DNA of 64,000 bases. Source: Octopus sinensis (taxonomy: Eukaryota). A program made the position numbers and the translations under genes. The notes below the pieces were generated by a model that made no database searches, was not told the DNA's origin, and saw only the letters and a program-made list of their open reading frames with translations. Shown here one piece after another: positions 24,320 through 36,474 of this stretch. The stretch spans positions 37,088,464 through 37,152,463 of the forward strand of contig NC_043011.1 of NCBI RefSeq assembly GCF_006345805.1, read 5' to 3'. Within the stretch, counting starts at the first letter, position 1. Every line of letters starts with the position of its first letter.

Positions 24320-24640
24320 TACAGGACATCAAAAAACGTTGAACAAAATGAGAAACAAAAACATAAAAACAAAAACGTAGAAACGAACATTTTTTCGAAC
24401 AACGAAAAGACAGAGAAATGAGACATACAACATAAAGAATATTCCCCTTCTTCAGTTGTTCCTGTTTCATCTACTCCACGTTCCGAAGGTAAGGACAAGA
24501 CGCGACTTCATTTAAACAGTTCTTCCCGCAAAGCAACTTAAATAAAATTCGGGATTTTTTTGCGGAGGGTGAAAGTGATAACAAGAAAGGAACAGTGACA
24601 CCAAAAAAGTAGCAACATATATCACTTTAAATCGGAGTAT
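24320..24640 (-). mobile_element. Interspersed repeat, family 2 (probable PLE terminal-repeat derivative)
   Basis: Reverse complement aligns over about 250 bp with 35990-36300 (ttatttaagttgctttgcgggaag...ttgtccttaccttc...gagtagatgaaacagg.acaactga.gaaggg). Confidence 0.75.
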
Positions 24641-25290
24641 ATATATATACATATTATTATGCTATATTATTATATAGTTATTATTGTACTAATAGACTTC
24701 CATAATATCTCCGTGTGTGCATGTGTGTGTGTGTGTGTGTTTATGTGTGTGACCGTATGTGTATGTCTGTGTAAACGTGTCTGTGCTAATGTTTAACACT
24801 TGAAATGTACACACCAGAAATAGTGCGGCTAGTTCGGAAATTTTATTTATTAGTTACTAATGTAACTGTAAAAATGTGCAATGCATTTTAAAAGTTCAGT
24901 TATTATATGATATATATACACAGGCATATGATCAACTGCATAAATAAATTTAAAAAGCTATGAATATGTAGAAACGTAATGGAATTCAATTAAACGTAAA
25001 CATACAAACGTGTGGAAATATGTAGATATTAGACTTATATTGATTATGTAATCGATGTTTAGTTTGCAGTAAGAAAGCCAGACATGTTGCTGAATAGGAA
25101 GCAATATCATTCGGTATTAAAGAGGACATTTAAAATAAAAACAGATTAGACAAACAGATAAATTTTCACACATACATACAAACACACTCACACACCAACA
25201 CACACACAAACACACATACAAACACGCAAGCACAGAAACATACTAACGTAAATACATTCATACATACATACATACATACATACATAATGC

Positions 25291-25436
25291 ATACATACAT
25301 AGTACATACATACATAATGCATACATACATAGTACATACATACATAATGCATACATACATAGTACATACATACATAATGCATACATACATAGTACATACA
25401 TAATGCATACATACATAGTACATACATACATAATGC
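25291..25436. repeat. 30-bp higher-order minisatellite derived from (CATA)n
   Basis: atacatacatagtacatacatacataatgc x about 5. Confidence 0.9.
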
Positions 25437-25764
25437 ATACATACATATATAATGCATACATACATAGTACATACATACAAGTAAACACACACATACATAT
25501 GTACATACATACACAAACATGGATATAATATTACTAAATATATATTAATACGTGCAGACGACAAAATGTAAAATTGCTTACAAAATTATGAGAAAAGAAT
25601 GCATTAATCAACGAATGAAAGAAGGAATGAGTCTATGAATGCAAATGGATTGAAATATGCTGTGATGTATATAAGTTTCGAATTTATGCAAATATTTTAA
25701 CACTGGGGAAATCTGGGTCCAAATAATAGACGTTTATGTCGATGTTGCTAGAGATTTTCTTGTC

Positions 25765-26330
25765 AGTTCTTTGTCCTTAACCAGTTTCATGTTCTGATGC
25801 ACCAGCAAGCACTGACTCTCATGGCTTCCGATCTTAACTGATTAGAAGTGTTATCATGTGCACTGCTTTGTCTTGGCATAAAAGATGGGCTACAGCAAAT
25901 ATTCTGCTCAATACCACAGATTTGTTTGTCAGTTGTTTGACCTGAACCAGTTGAGCATGTCCCTTAGTGGCTGACGATATGTGCATCTCTGAACAAAAGC
26001 AGAAGTATTGGGGAAGCAACTTAGCCACGTGTTCAGAGGAATTCTTTGGAGTTTGAATAACTCACCTCTGGAAAAATGAGTGTTTCATTCATCATCCTTA
26101 AACAAATCCTATTCAGAGATCTTTAGAATGGAATGGGCCACTTGAGTTGAAGAAAATATTAACTGGGTGCCACCTGCAAAGTCATGCACTGTATATCTTG
26201 ATATGAGATCACCATGTCACGCACATGGCGTTGTGATGCATGAGCGTGGCAAAAACTTATCAGACGGATAATCATGATGGTTATACTGGGCTTCGTATAA
26301 TTCTACCCTAGTGCCACTTAGATGACATGC
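25765..26330. mobile_element. Probable unclassified interspersed repeat
   Basis: GC-richer block that resembles a common octopus repeat from memory; single copy here, so not verifiable from the window. Confidence 0.3.
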
Positions 26331-26375
26331 CCTACTCCCTCAGTCAATACTACTACTAATACTAATAATAATAGT

Positions 26376-26640
26376 ATACGAAGGTTGTGGTTAATGAAGA
26401 TAGTGGAGGTGATACCAATGGTACTTGGTGTTGAAAGTATCAGCACTCAACTACCAGCATGGCTGAAAAAGATCGGTGCAAATGAAAAGGTAGAGCCCCT
26501 ACAAAAATCAGTATTTCTCTGAACTGCAGGAATTAATTGCACGGTTCTTCAAGCATGACCAGTAAACAAGTGTCTGCTGGTTGTGAACAGCTGAGACTTT
26601 CCATCATAACCAGCAAAATAAGCTGTGAGTTTCCATATAA
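26376..26640 (+). mobile_element. 5'-truncated Dong/R4-like non-LTR element in (TAA)n
   Basis: IRRLWLMKIVEVIPMVLGVESISTQLPAWLKKIGANEKVEPLQKSVFL*TAGI..VL matches the R4/Dong C-terminus (RLW..K.V.VIPVVIGALG...LQK..LLGTA.ILR.VL); taa repeats on both sides. Confidence 0.8.
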
Positions 26641-26645
26641 CAATA

Positions 26646-26699
<54 letters not shown>

Positions 26700-26721
26700 G
26701 TGATGATGATGATGATAATAC

Positions 26722-26761
<40 letters not shown>

Positions 26762-26825
26762 TCCTAATTAATATTATTGGAATCCTTTTCATTATTAGGT
26801 TTAGCGGAGGTTGTAGTAGTTGCAA

Positions 26826-26873
<48 letters not shown>

Positions 26874-27040
26874 AAGAAGTAAAAGAAGAAGAAAAAGAAG
26901 AAAAAGAAGAAGAAGAAGAAGAAGAAGAAGAAAAAGAAGAAGAAGAAGAAGAAGAAGAAGAAGAAAAAGAAGAAGAAGAAGAAGAAGAAGAAGAAATAGT
27001 AGAAGAAGAAGAAGAAGACGACGACGACGACGACGATGTG
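26637..27040. repeat. Compound (TAA)n, (TAG)n, (GAA)n, (GAC)n microsatellites
   Basis: Consecutive trinucleotide runs; source of ORFs 26721-27335. Confidence 0.95.
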
Positions 27041-27274
27041 AAGGATGAGGTAAGGTGTAACCAACTAAACTAAGAAAACCAGTGCAAGGAATCACTGTGT
27101 CAACGCTAAATTGAGATTTATTTCCATAGTCATAAACAAAAACTGCGCGTTGGCAATGGATTAAGAATGAATAGATACAAGAAAAGAGGAGGTGTATTTC
27201 AACATTCTTGAAATGTAATTTATAGCCGCACAGCAAATGTCGTATGCATATGTATATATATATATAATATATAT

Positions 27275-27314
<40 letters not shown>

Positions 27315-27480
27315 TTGAAATTTATTAAAAAACAAAAGACGAAGACAGGTGTATAAACAAGAAGCAGATGTATTAAGTTAAACGCTCGCGAAGGTGAGAA
27401 AGTCTTTACGTTTCGAGTCTATCTCTTCAACAGAAAGGAACACGAGGAAATAAATATTGAGATAATAAAAAAAAATTTTT
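27315..27480 (-). mobile_element. Hammerhead family 1 element, copy 2
   Basis: Minus strand CTTT-CTGTTGA-A-GAG[ATAGA]CTC-GAAAC-GT-A-AAG at 27437-27404. Confidence 0.7.
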
Positions 27481-27651
27481 GGAGCTAGCGGTCAATCATT
27501 GGTTAGAGTGTCGACGTCGCCTTTCATCATTTCGGGGTCGATAAATAAAGTACCAGTTACGCACTGGGGTCGATATAATCGACTCAATCCCTTTGTCTGT
27601 CCCTGTTTGTCCTCTATATGTTTAGCCCCTTGTGGGCAATAAAGAAATATA
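27481..27651 (+). mobile_element. SINE type B, internally deleted
   Basis: Head remnant joined to gtcgac..gcctttcatcatttcggggtcgataaa...cccttgtgggcaataaagaaata. Confidence 0.85.
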
Positions 27652-27660
27652 TATATATAT

Positions 27661-27863
27661 ATCACAATCAAGGAACGGCCATAATAGGCCATTCACCCAC
27701 TAGAAATAACAGCCAAAAGCTTAACCGCAAAATAACATCAATTCCGTAAACCAGGAGAAAATTAACTCCTGGTTTACGGAATTGATGTTATTTTGCGGTT
27801 AAAGCTTTTGGCTGTTATTTCTAGTGGGTGAATGGCCTATTATGGCCGTTCCTTGATTGTGAT
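27661..27863. repeat. Near-perfect inverted repeat, 97/98-bp arms, 8-nt loop
   Basis: 27661-27757 vs 27766-27863 differ by one indel. Confidence 0.97.
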
Positions 27864-27954
27864 GTTGAACTTAAAATGGTATATGACTATTTAATTTTTC
27901 CCCTAGGCCGCTGGTGGCAAAAAAATTCTACAAAATTTTTTGCACCCTATATTG

Positions 27955-28025
<71 letters not shown>

Positions 28026-28988
28026 ATAATAAAAAATTGCGATGTGAAATAGCTGTTATACACAATAATTTCAAGTATAAGAAAATGGCTTTTAGATAGA
28101 GAACAAATATTGAAATATTACCATTCAGTTGAATGGAAAAATACTGATTCAGTTTGATTTGCCAGATGTTACAAGACATTACACGCTACTTCCTAACGCA
28201 CACACCTCGTTTTAATGCCACGTACGTCTAACAAATATGCCACAGTGAATTTCATATGGGAAATGCATTATTATAAATGTATCCGTGAGATAACTACTGT
28301 TAAAGATTGCTACGGAACTAATACAAGGGTAAATAGTATTTTTCTAAAGCTTGTTTCGTAATTGCTGTTATCAGTTCGATACAACAATAATGGCTTCTAA
28401 CCTCTTCACGAAAGTCAATATGTGTATGTATATAATCGCTTAATCTTAACTACCAGTTCTTGACAGCTACTTTATCTAATTAAGCCTTTATTTAATTAAG
28501 TGGAAGTTAATGTTGTATAACGGCGGGATTTAAATTCACAAGGTCAAGAATCGTAATCAAATAATGCTTTAATATTGTGTTAATCGACCAATGTTGATGC
28601 TTCTAATACCCAAAATGCGTCGCGTATCATAATTCCATGACACTTCACTTGTATCAGGTCGCGTTTAATGACACGTATGCACGCTATGTTTTCCCTAGGT
28701 CCTCTACAGATCCCTCTACTACTATTAAATAACAGAAAGCGTTTCTGTTGAATATATTGCATTCGTCATTTGGTCCTGCAGATCTTATTGAAAAAGATAA
28801 AGTGTGCTATACGCCATTCTGCAAAGAATTGTTTGCGCCAGTAATATTACTTCCATATACACTCACACAGACATAAGTACACCTAAACACATACAGACAC
28901 ATACACACCGACACGCCCACACACGCACATACATATATATATGTGTGTGTGTATATATGTGTGTGTGTGTATGTGTGTGTGTGTGTGT

Positions 28989-29155
28989 GAAGGCACATGG
29001 CTCATTGGTTAGAGTGTCGAGCTTACGATCTTGTGTTTGTGAGCTCGAATCCCGGACCGGGATACGTGTTGTTTTCTTGAGCAAGACACTTTATTTCACG
29101 TTGCTCCAGTTCACTCAGCTGTAGAAATGAGTTGCGACTTCACAGGTGCCAAGCT
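28989..29155 (+). mobile_element. SINE type C, 5' half
   Basis: gaaggcacatggctcattggttagagtg...ttgagcaagacactttatttcacgttgctccagttcactcagctgtagaaatgagttgcgac. Confidence 0.85.
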
Positions 29156-29207
<52 letters not shown>

Positions 29208-29244
29208 TATAATATATATATATATATTATATATATATATGATA

Positions 29245-29423
29245 GATCGTTAGTCACTACACGCATTTTTTTCTCTCCTTGTTTGTTTCTGTGTCCTTTC
29301 AGTAGAAGAACGTAGGCTCGAAACGCAAAAGACTTTTTTTCTATTCCTGAGTGTTATACTAATACATCTGTTTGCTTTGTACACCACCTGTCTTCGTCTT
29401 TTGTTTTTTCGTAAACTCTCCCC

Positions 29424-29425
<2 letters not shown>
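29245..29425 (+). mobile_element. Hammerhead family 1 element, copy 3
   Basis: CTTT-CAGTAGA-A-GAAC[GTAG]GCTC-GAAAC-GC-A-AAAG at 29296-29331; (TA)n both sides. Confidence 0.7.
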
Positions 29426-29461
<36 letters not shown>

Positions 29462-29483
29462 ATATATATATATATATTATATA

Positions 29484-29516
<33 letters not shown>

Positions 29517-30273
29517 TAATTATATAATTCAGGGTGAATACTTGATAATTGTAAGCACCTGTGCATCATGATTTTATTTTGATAAATAAATATATATATA
29601 TATATAATATATATGTATGTATGTATATGTATATACATCCATTAAAGGCAACGCACGATAAGAATCAAGAAAGTGGTAATCCGAGTAAATTAATTGTAAC
29701 AGTCTAAATCAGATTGTAATTGCAATCCGAATAGTGTGTGGTGTTAAGGTAGACGGTGAGAAGTAGCAGTGAAACCAAGAAGTAAGCAGAAGAGAAGGCG
29801 AGGATGTCCGAGACTGTAGGAAGTTTCAGTCAGGCAGGATGGTGCCGTTCCCTTCTTATTTTTGTACCAAATATATGCACAACCACTTCTTAGATGCATA
29901 AGAAGCGCGCCCATGCTTGTTTGTAAGTCAGTAACACTTTTCCCTGTCATTACGTCTTCTCAAATCAATGAATTCCCAATCTCGCATGGTTTCTTTCATT
30001 TCTCCACGTAGTCACTCCTTCGCACCCTCTACTAGCGCTCGCTTTTATTCTTTTCTCTCACTTTTCCAACTCAAGCTACTTCCTCACATCGTCCTCTCTC
30101 TCTTTCAACGATCCTATTGCCTATATCTTTCAACATCAGTTGGCATTTCTCTAACTACTTACCTCCATGTTTATCTATCTAACTAGCTTTCTGTTTGTCT
30201 GTGTGTCTCCTTGAAAGGTATTAATCACTTATTACATATATTCAAATATATGTAATATACTTGAATATATATA

Positions 30274-30546
30274 GGCGAGCTGGCAGAAACGGCGAGCAGA
30301 AACGGCGAGCAGAAAGGCGGCGAGCTGGCAGAAACGTTAGCACGCCGGGCGAAATGTGTAGCCGTACTTCGTCTGCCGTTACGTTCTGGGTTCAAACTCC
30401 GCCGGGGTCGACTTTGCCGTTCATCCTTTCGGGGTCCATAAATTAAGTACCTGTTACGCACTGGGGTCGATGTAATCGACTTAATCCGTTTGTCTGTCCT
30501 TGTTTGTCCTCTCTGTGTTTAGCCCCTTGTGGGTAGTATAGAAATA
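30274..30546 (+). mobile_element. SINE type B, full length, stuttered 5' end and 23-bp target-site duplication
   Basis: TATTACATATATTCAAATATATG at 30230-30252 and 30547-30569; three extra partial heads at 30274-30315. Confidence 0.92.
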
Positions 30547-31099
30547 TATTACATATATTCAAATATATGAGTTTCAATCTACGCGTGCATGCGTGTCTGT
30601 CACTCTGTCTGTCTGTATGTATGTGTGAAAGTATGTATCTATGGATGGATGGATAGATGGAGGTGTGTATGTGTATGCGTGTCTGTCTGTATAAAAAGAT
30701 GTATGCATGAAAGAGTGGATGGGTGTGTATGCATATGTATGTGCGTGTCTGTATGTATGAATGCATGGATGGATGGATGTATATATGCATGCCTACGTGT
30801 CTGTCTGTCTGTATGTATATATGCATTCATGGATGGATTAATGTGTATATGTATGTGTGTGTGTATGTGTCTGTCTGTCTGTATGTATGGATAGATGGAT
30901 GGATGTGTGTGCACGTGTATGTATATGTATGTGTGTATGTGTAGAAAGAGGGAGAAAGAATAACTTTATACACGAATACAAGCGAGTCTCGGTGCGTGTG
31001 TGTACTACTTCGTGTGTGTTTGCACGTCTTTATGTACTCCATAAATCATGGTGGAGTATCGAACCCACTCTCGTTGGAGGCCCTCGAGGATAATCCAGT

Positions 31100-32178
31100 G
31101 AGAGACGCAACTTACTTTCAGCTTAGACTAATTCCGTTCGACAACCAGAGGCAACACATTATAACAAATCATATATTTGAAACATATTGCTGAAGCAGCG
31201 GTATAGAAACTGTGAAACTCGTAGAATATACCCTTGGGGAGACAGGGATTCAGAAGATAATGAAGTGTTAATAGAATCATAAATCAAACGGAAGAATATG
31301 AAAATGCATAAAATATGACAATAATTAAACTGAAAACCTTACTAAATCAGACATAATACTAACAGACATATAATGTGGAATTTCAAAGCAAATATGAAAA
31401 GCTCTTCTACTATGAAAAAAATACACGAAAGCCGCGTAATGAAGAGCAAATAGAAGGAATATAGAAGACAATTAGAATTTGCATGCAAATATCTCTAAAG
31501 AAAATACTTCCTGTAGGTGAAAAGATTAAGAAGAAAAATGGACGAGTGATGATATTTCATCAAAAATGGACGAAGGAATACATAAATACGAAAAGAAAGA
31601 CCAGAATAGATTTAGCAGCTTAAATAAAGAGATCTGTTCGGAATGTACAAAAGTAAAAACCAAATGGCTGGATGATCAATGCCAAGAAGTTGAAAAACTT
31701 AATAACTAGCATAAATCCAAAGAAATGTATGATAAAATAAATGTGATCACAAACCATAAATGCATGCGTAAACCAAGTGGTAACATTAAGGACAAAAATG
31801 GAAACATACTGTTTGATCATGTGTAGATTGCATCTAGATAGGTAGGATACATAAAAGAAGTGTACGATGGTGAATGCAGACCGCCCATGCTTAATTTCGA
31901 AGCAGCTAATGGAAACAAAATCTTGAAAGAAGTATAAAAGGCAATAAAGTCAATGTAAAGATGAAAAGGCAACTGGGGCGGATGAAATACCGGCAGAGGC
32001 ATTAAAAGAATTAGATAACCACAACCTAGGTCTAATAACAGACTTGTGTAATATAATATATATATGTGTGTGTGTGGGTGTGTGTGTGTGTGTGTGTGTG
32101 TGTACACATGCCAGACGAGATGAAGCAATCTATCTTGGTTCAATTTCCAAAGAAACAGAATTCTCAGGATTACACAAA
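31100..32178 (+). mobile_element. RTE-clade LINE relic (linker and RT N-terminus)
   Basis: ...KWLDDQCQEVEKL...KEMYDKI...IKDKNGNILFD...; ATGADEIPAEALKELDNHNLGLITDLCNII...MPDEMKQSI...PKK; many stops. Confidence 0.85.
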
Positions 32179-32187
32179 ATGTTTAAG

Positions 32188-32359
32188 AGTGGCTATGCCG
32201 TAAGCAGCTTGCTTCCCAATCACATGGTTCCGAGTTCCGTGTCACTACGTGGCACCTTGGTTAAGTGTCTTCTGCTATTGCCTCGGGCCGACCAAAGCCT
32301 TGTGATTGGATTTGTTCGACGGAATATAAATGTCCGTCGTATATATTTATATATATATA

Positions 32360-32439
<80 letters not shown>

Positions 32440-32507
32440 ACATATATACGACGGACATTTATATTCCGTCGAACAAATCCACTCACAAGGCTTTGGTCGG
32501 CCCGTCG

Positions 32508-32591
<84 letters not shown>

Positions 32592-32812
32592 TGTGTGTGT
32601 GTATTTGCGTGTCTGTGGTTGTCACTCCACCATCACTTCACAACCGCTGTTTGTGTATTTACGTTTGCGTAACTTAGCGGTTCGGTCAAAGAGAGCGATA
32701 GAATGAGTACTAGGCTTACAAAGAATACGTCCTGGGGTCGATTAACTGAACTAAAGGTGGTGCTCCAGTATGCCCGCAGTCAAATGATTGAAACAGGTAA
32801 AAGAATAAACGA
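32188..32812 (+). mobile_element. SINE type A with an internal foldback duplication
   Basis: Head, centre and tail present; 32442-32503 is an inverted copy of 32285-32346. Confidence 0.9.
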
Positions 32813-33089
32813 CTTCTAACATTTATAGTGTAAAGAATTTGAAGAATAAGCGAAAAAGAAAAAAAAAGATTCAACTGCGAGGAGAAATTAGACCAAATAC
32901 CAGTACATATAAAATTGTGATTCACTAACTTTTTCAGGCTGCTGCCCCCTTGACACCAAGGCCACATTCCTACCGCCCCCATCCCAACTAACTTCTTTCT
33001 GATGTAAATTCAAAGCAAATGTATTTCACAAATAAAACGTAACCTAACGAACCCATAACGTTGTTTGTTTTTACATGAATCGCTACCCC

Positions 33090-33175
33090 ATCATCACCCC
33101 ACTTTTCTTCAACGACCCCTTTGGAACTTTCCACCGCCCCCACGGGGACAATATCACCCACTTTGGGAACCACTG
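33090..33175 (-). mobile_element. Possible hAT-type MITE end
   Basis: Minus strand starts CAGTGGTTCCCAAAGTGGG, a hAT/Charlie-like terminus; no partner TIR found. Confidence 0.35.
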
Positions 33176-33319
33176 ATATAAAAGTATGTTTAAGCTAAGC
33201 GCTAAAAATAAGGGAATTTACGTGTTTTAGAAATTACATCGGAGTAGTAGACTGGGTAATATATGCAAAGATGGTCACGTCCATCAGAATTTGCGATATG
33301 CAGTAAAGCTCTCTCGGTA

Positions 33320-33533
33320 AGTGGTTAAAACTTTGGTACAAGGCCAGCAATTTCAGGAGTTGGGTAAGGGGATTATATCGAGACCAGTATTCAAATGGTA
33401 CCTGTTCTATCGAATTCGAAAGAATGAAAGCAAAATCGACCTCGACAACCATTGAAATCAGAACGTAAAGACAGAAGAAATACCAGTGAGAATTTTGTAC
33501 GACGCTGTAATAGTTTTGCCAGCTCGCCGCATT
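33320..33533 (-). mobile_element. SINE type B, diverged
   Basis: gaaagaatgaaagcaaaatcgacctcg...gccagctcgccgc. Confidence 0.75.
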
Positions 33534-33544
33534 AAAGATGTCTC

Positions 33545-34340
33545 AATAATGGCAAAGAGTGAGTAAGGATGACTAGCAGTTGTAAGAAGTGAACGGAGGA
33601 AAAATATTCACAGTTAAGAAATCAAACAAGGTTGTGAAAATATTCTAGTAAAAGATTTGCAAGTTGTGTCGATTTAAACACTACAGCAACCTTAGATATG
33701 CATAAAATATTGTCGCTGTCTGATTATTATCGAATGAGATAACCTACAAAACCTTGTAACCATTGTAATTGACAAAAGAATGCTCGATAGAAAAGAAATT
33801 TATGCAAGAAAATATTCAGTAAAATTGATGGTGATATTAATAAAAAAACAAAATTTTTTAGAATAAATATGTATAAAGTGTAAAACCACGAAAAATATTA
33901 TATTCTGGAAATAGCTAAGTGGAAAACTGTCAAAAATAATATACCTGGGATATATACAGTTAGAGAAATGGGAGAATGTGAAGCTGAAGTGTAAACGTGG
34001 ATTGAGATAGGAAGGAAATGATCTGAAATAATGTGAAGCATACTAGCATGAAGAAACATTAACATGGAAGCCGGAAAAAAGATTATCAGAGTGGTGTTTA
34101 TGTTCAACTCTACTGCATAGATCTGAGACATAGACATTAATAAAAGTATCAACGAATAGATCAAGAAGCCTTTGATAAGTGGCCATATGGAAGGCATTCG
34201 AAAATAAATACTAGTTACAAATACCAAACCAATGATAACGCAATAAGAATGGAGAAAAACAATAATCTAAGAATGTTTTATTGGACACCACACTAAAAAG
34301 AAAGTCAAAAATATTTTGGACACTTAGAAAAGAGATACAA
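33545..34340 (+). mobile_element. RTE-clade LINE relic, RT C-terminal part, probably continuing 31100-32178
   Basis: Broken frames give YLG...GECEAEV..WIEIG, STLL..SET..L..., AFDKW.Y.R..KI; matches RTE F.YLG...R...A...LLYGSETW. Confidence 0.7.
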
Positions 34341-34854
34341 TTAATGCTCGACAGATAGTGCTAACAGAAAGCAAAATTAACAGAGAAAAAACGAAGAGAA
34401 AGGCAAGAATATTAGTGTAGGATTGTATCACGTATTGGAGAAACGTAGAATACAGGGGATTTGTAAGAAATGCAAAAGAAATTCTGAGAATGGCATTCTT
34501 GGTGTTAAGCCTATCGAGATAATGAAGACGATGATAAATAAACGCAAACACACAACATACAAAATAACAAATATGTTTGCATGCTACATTGTACCTTCTT
34601 GGGTTCATATAACTATTTTCTCGACAGAATTCGATGGTCAGCGTGCTATAGAGCGATTATGAGAACGATTGATTGCTTGTGCGAGCGATTGACGTAAGCA
34701 TTCTGTTAATCGAAACTATAACAGGTTTTCGATTTTCAAGTCGAAGCTCAACACACGTCTTTGGCCAATCATTCACGCCTGTGTCATTAATTACAACTTA
34801 CTAGAAGATTCCTCTACCAATTAAGATTCACCATAGTACTTCACCACTTTCCAT

Positions 34855-34922
34855 ACATACATACATACATACATACATACATACATACATACATACATAC
34901 ATACATACATACATACATACGT
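34855..34922. repeat. (CATA)n microsatellite
   Basis: Pure run. Confidence 0.95.
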
Positions 34923-34961
34923 ACATATATATACATGCATGCATGCATACATATATATATA

Positions 34962-35703
34962 CAGGGTGCGATTAATATAAGTAGTCTAAATCATATTTTA
35001 ACATATATATTTAGCAAAATTGCATAAAAATATTTTGAAATACTAAATACTAAATTTATTCAATAAAATCACCATTGGCTTCAACCACGGCCTCCAACTT
35101 CAGAATCTCCTGCAACTCTTTGAAACGGTTTCATTGTTTAAGTTGGTGAATGCTGCCATAATTCTTGCCTTCAGTTCATCTTTGGTATTACAAGGAGTTT
35201 TGTTAGTCTCTCGTTCAACTTTGCCCCACATATAATAATCAATGGGGTTACAGTCTTGGGAGTTAGGTGGCTAGTTGTTAGAAGTGATGTGGTCGCAGAA
35301 ATTGTCTGATAGCCATGACTGGGTTCTCCTGCTTCTGTGGCATGGTGCAGAGTCCTGTTGCCAGACATGGGGTCTTTAAGCAGCCACCAGGGCAGCACTC
35401 CCTCTCTCACGCACTTGATGTAGGCCTCCGTGTTGAGTCGGAGGCCGTGTGGGAAGATGAATGGAGACGTAACGTCACCATATCTAGTGATCACTCCAAA
35501 CATCAGGATGTTGGCTGGATGTTTGATTTTTATCACTCTCAGTACATGTCCTCAGACTGACACCCAAACACTCTGAAATGTTCGTATTGGAGCTTTCGGC
35601 GCGAATACCAAGCAGTAGAGCATACCGTTTCCTAATTTCTGGTAGAGTGAATTGCGTCGTCATCGTGCTGTTCTACTCACAGACGATTCCCAACTGACCC
35701 TAC
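34962..35703 (-). mobile_element. Internally deleted Tc1/mariner maT (DD37D) transposon
   Basis: KHPANILMFGVIT..GDVTSPFIFPHGLRLNTEAYI; after a frameshift WQQD-(37 residues, one stop)-DYYMWGKVERETNKTPCNTKDELKARI...LEAVVEANGDFIE*; left end TA|CAGGGTG, right end decayed. Confidence 0.88.
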
Positions 35704-35929
35704 TATACAGCATTCTTGAAAAATCTAAAACAATCGATGTGCATGCGCGAAATTAAAAATATAAAATCGTTGCAATTTACCCATCGCACTCTGTATAAAT
35801 ACGTGGGTGTGTGTGTGTGTGTGTATAATCTTTCTTTCTTCCACTTCTTTCATAAAGACAAGCCGTGCTTTTACCTGTCTCTTCTCATAGCTCGTCTTTC
35901 TAGCGTTCATAATGTTTCACATCGTCTTG

Positions 35930-36300
35930 GCTTAACAGACCTCATCGTTTGTTTTTGCTGTCTTGTTCTCACTGTCCTGTTTTTATTACCACTTCCAACT
36001 TGCGCAAAAAATCTCAAATTTTATTTAAGTTGCTTTGCGGGAAGGACTGTTTCAAGGAAGTCGCGTATTGTCCTTACCTTCGAAAACGCTGAGTAGATGA
36101 AACAGGGACAACTGATGAAGGGAATGTTCTTTATGCTGCATGCCTCGGTTCTCTGTTTTTATCGTTAGAAAAATGTTCGTTTTCCGTGTTTTTGTCTTTG
36201 TTTTGGTTTCTCATTGTGTCTACGTTGTTTTGATCTCCTGTACCAATATATGCATGTATATATACATATATATGAAGGTATGTACATAAATGCATGTATA
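35930..36300 (+). mobile_element. Interspersed repeat, family 2, second copy
   Basis: Homologous to 24320-24640. Confidence 0.75.
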
Positions 36301-36347
36301 TACGCATATATTTATATATTATTTATATTATATATACTATATATAAT

Positions 36348-36382
<35 letters not shown>

Positions 36383-36407
36383 ACATATATATATATGTAT
36401 ATATATA

Positions 36408-36467
<60 letters not shown>

Positions 36468-36474
36468 ATAGTGG

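Noticed and set aside
24430-24470. CTGAAGA/CTGATGA plus stem in family 2 (also 36105-36140) as a hammerhead
   Set aside because: No GAAA after stem II in either copy and no convincing stems I or III.
26721-27335. 204-aa and 98-aa ORFs
   Set aside because: Compound microsatellites.
28782-28840. Exon-like DLIEKDKVCYTPFCKELFAP; similar short AG/GT segments at 8647, 47087, 48916 and 61269
   Set aside because: Weak donors or incompatible phases; expected by chance in AT-rich DNA.
32044-32706. 220-aa ORF, the longest in the track
   Set aside because: Runs through an RTE scrap, a SINE and (TA)/(TG)n.
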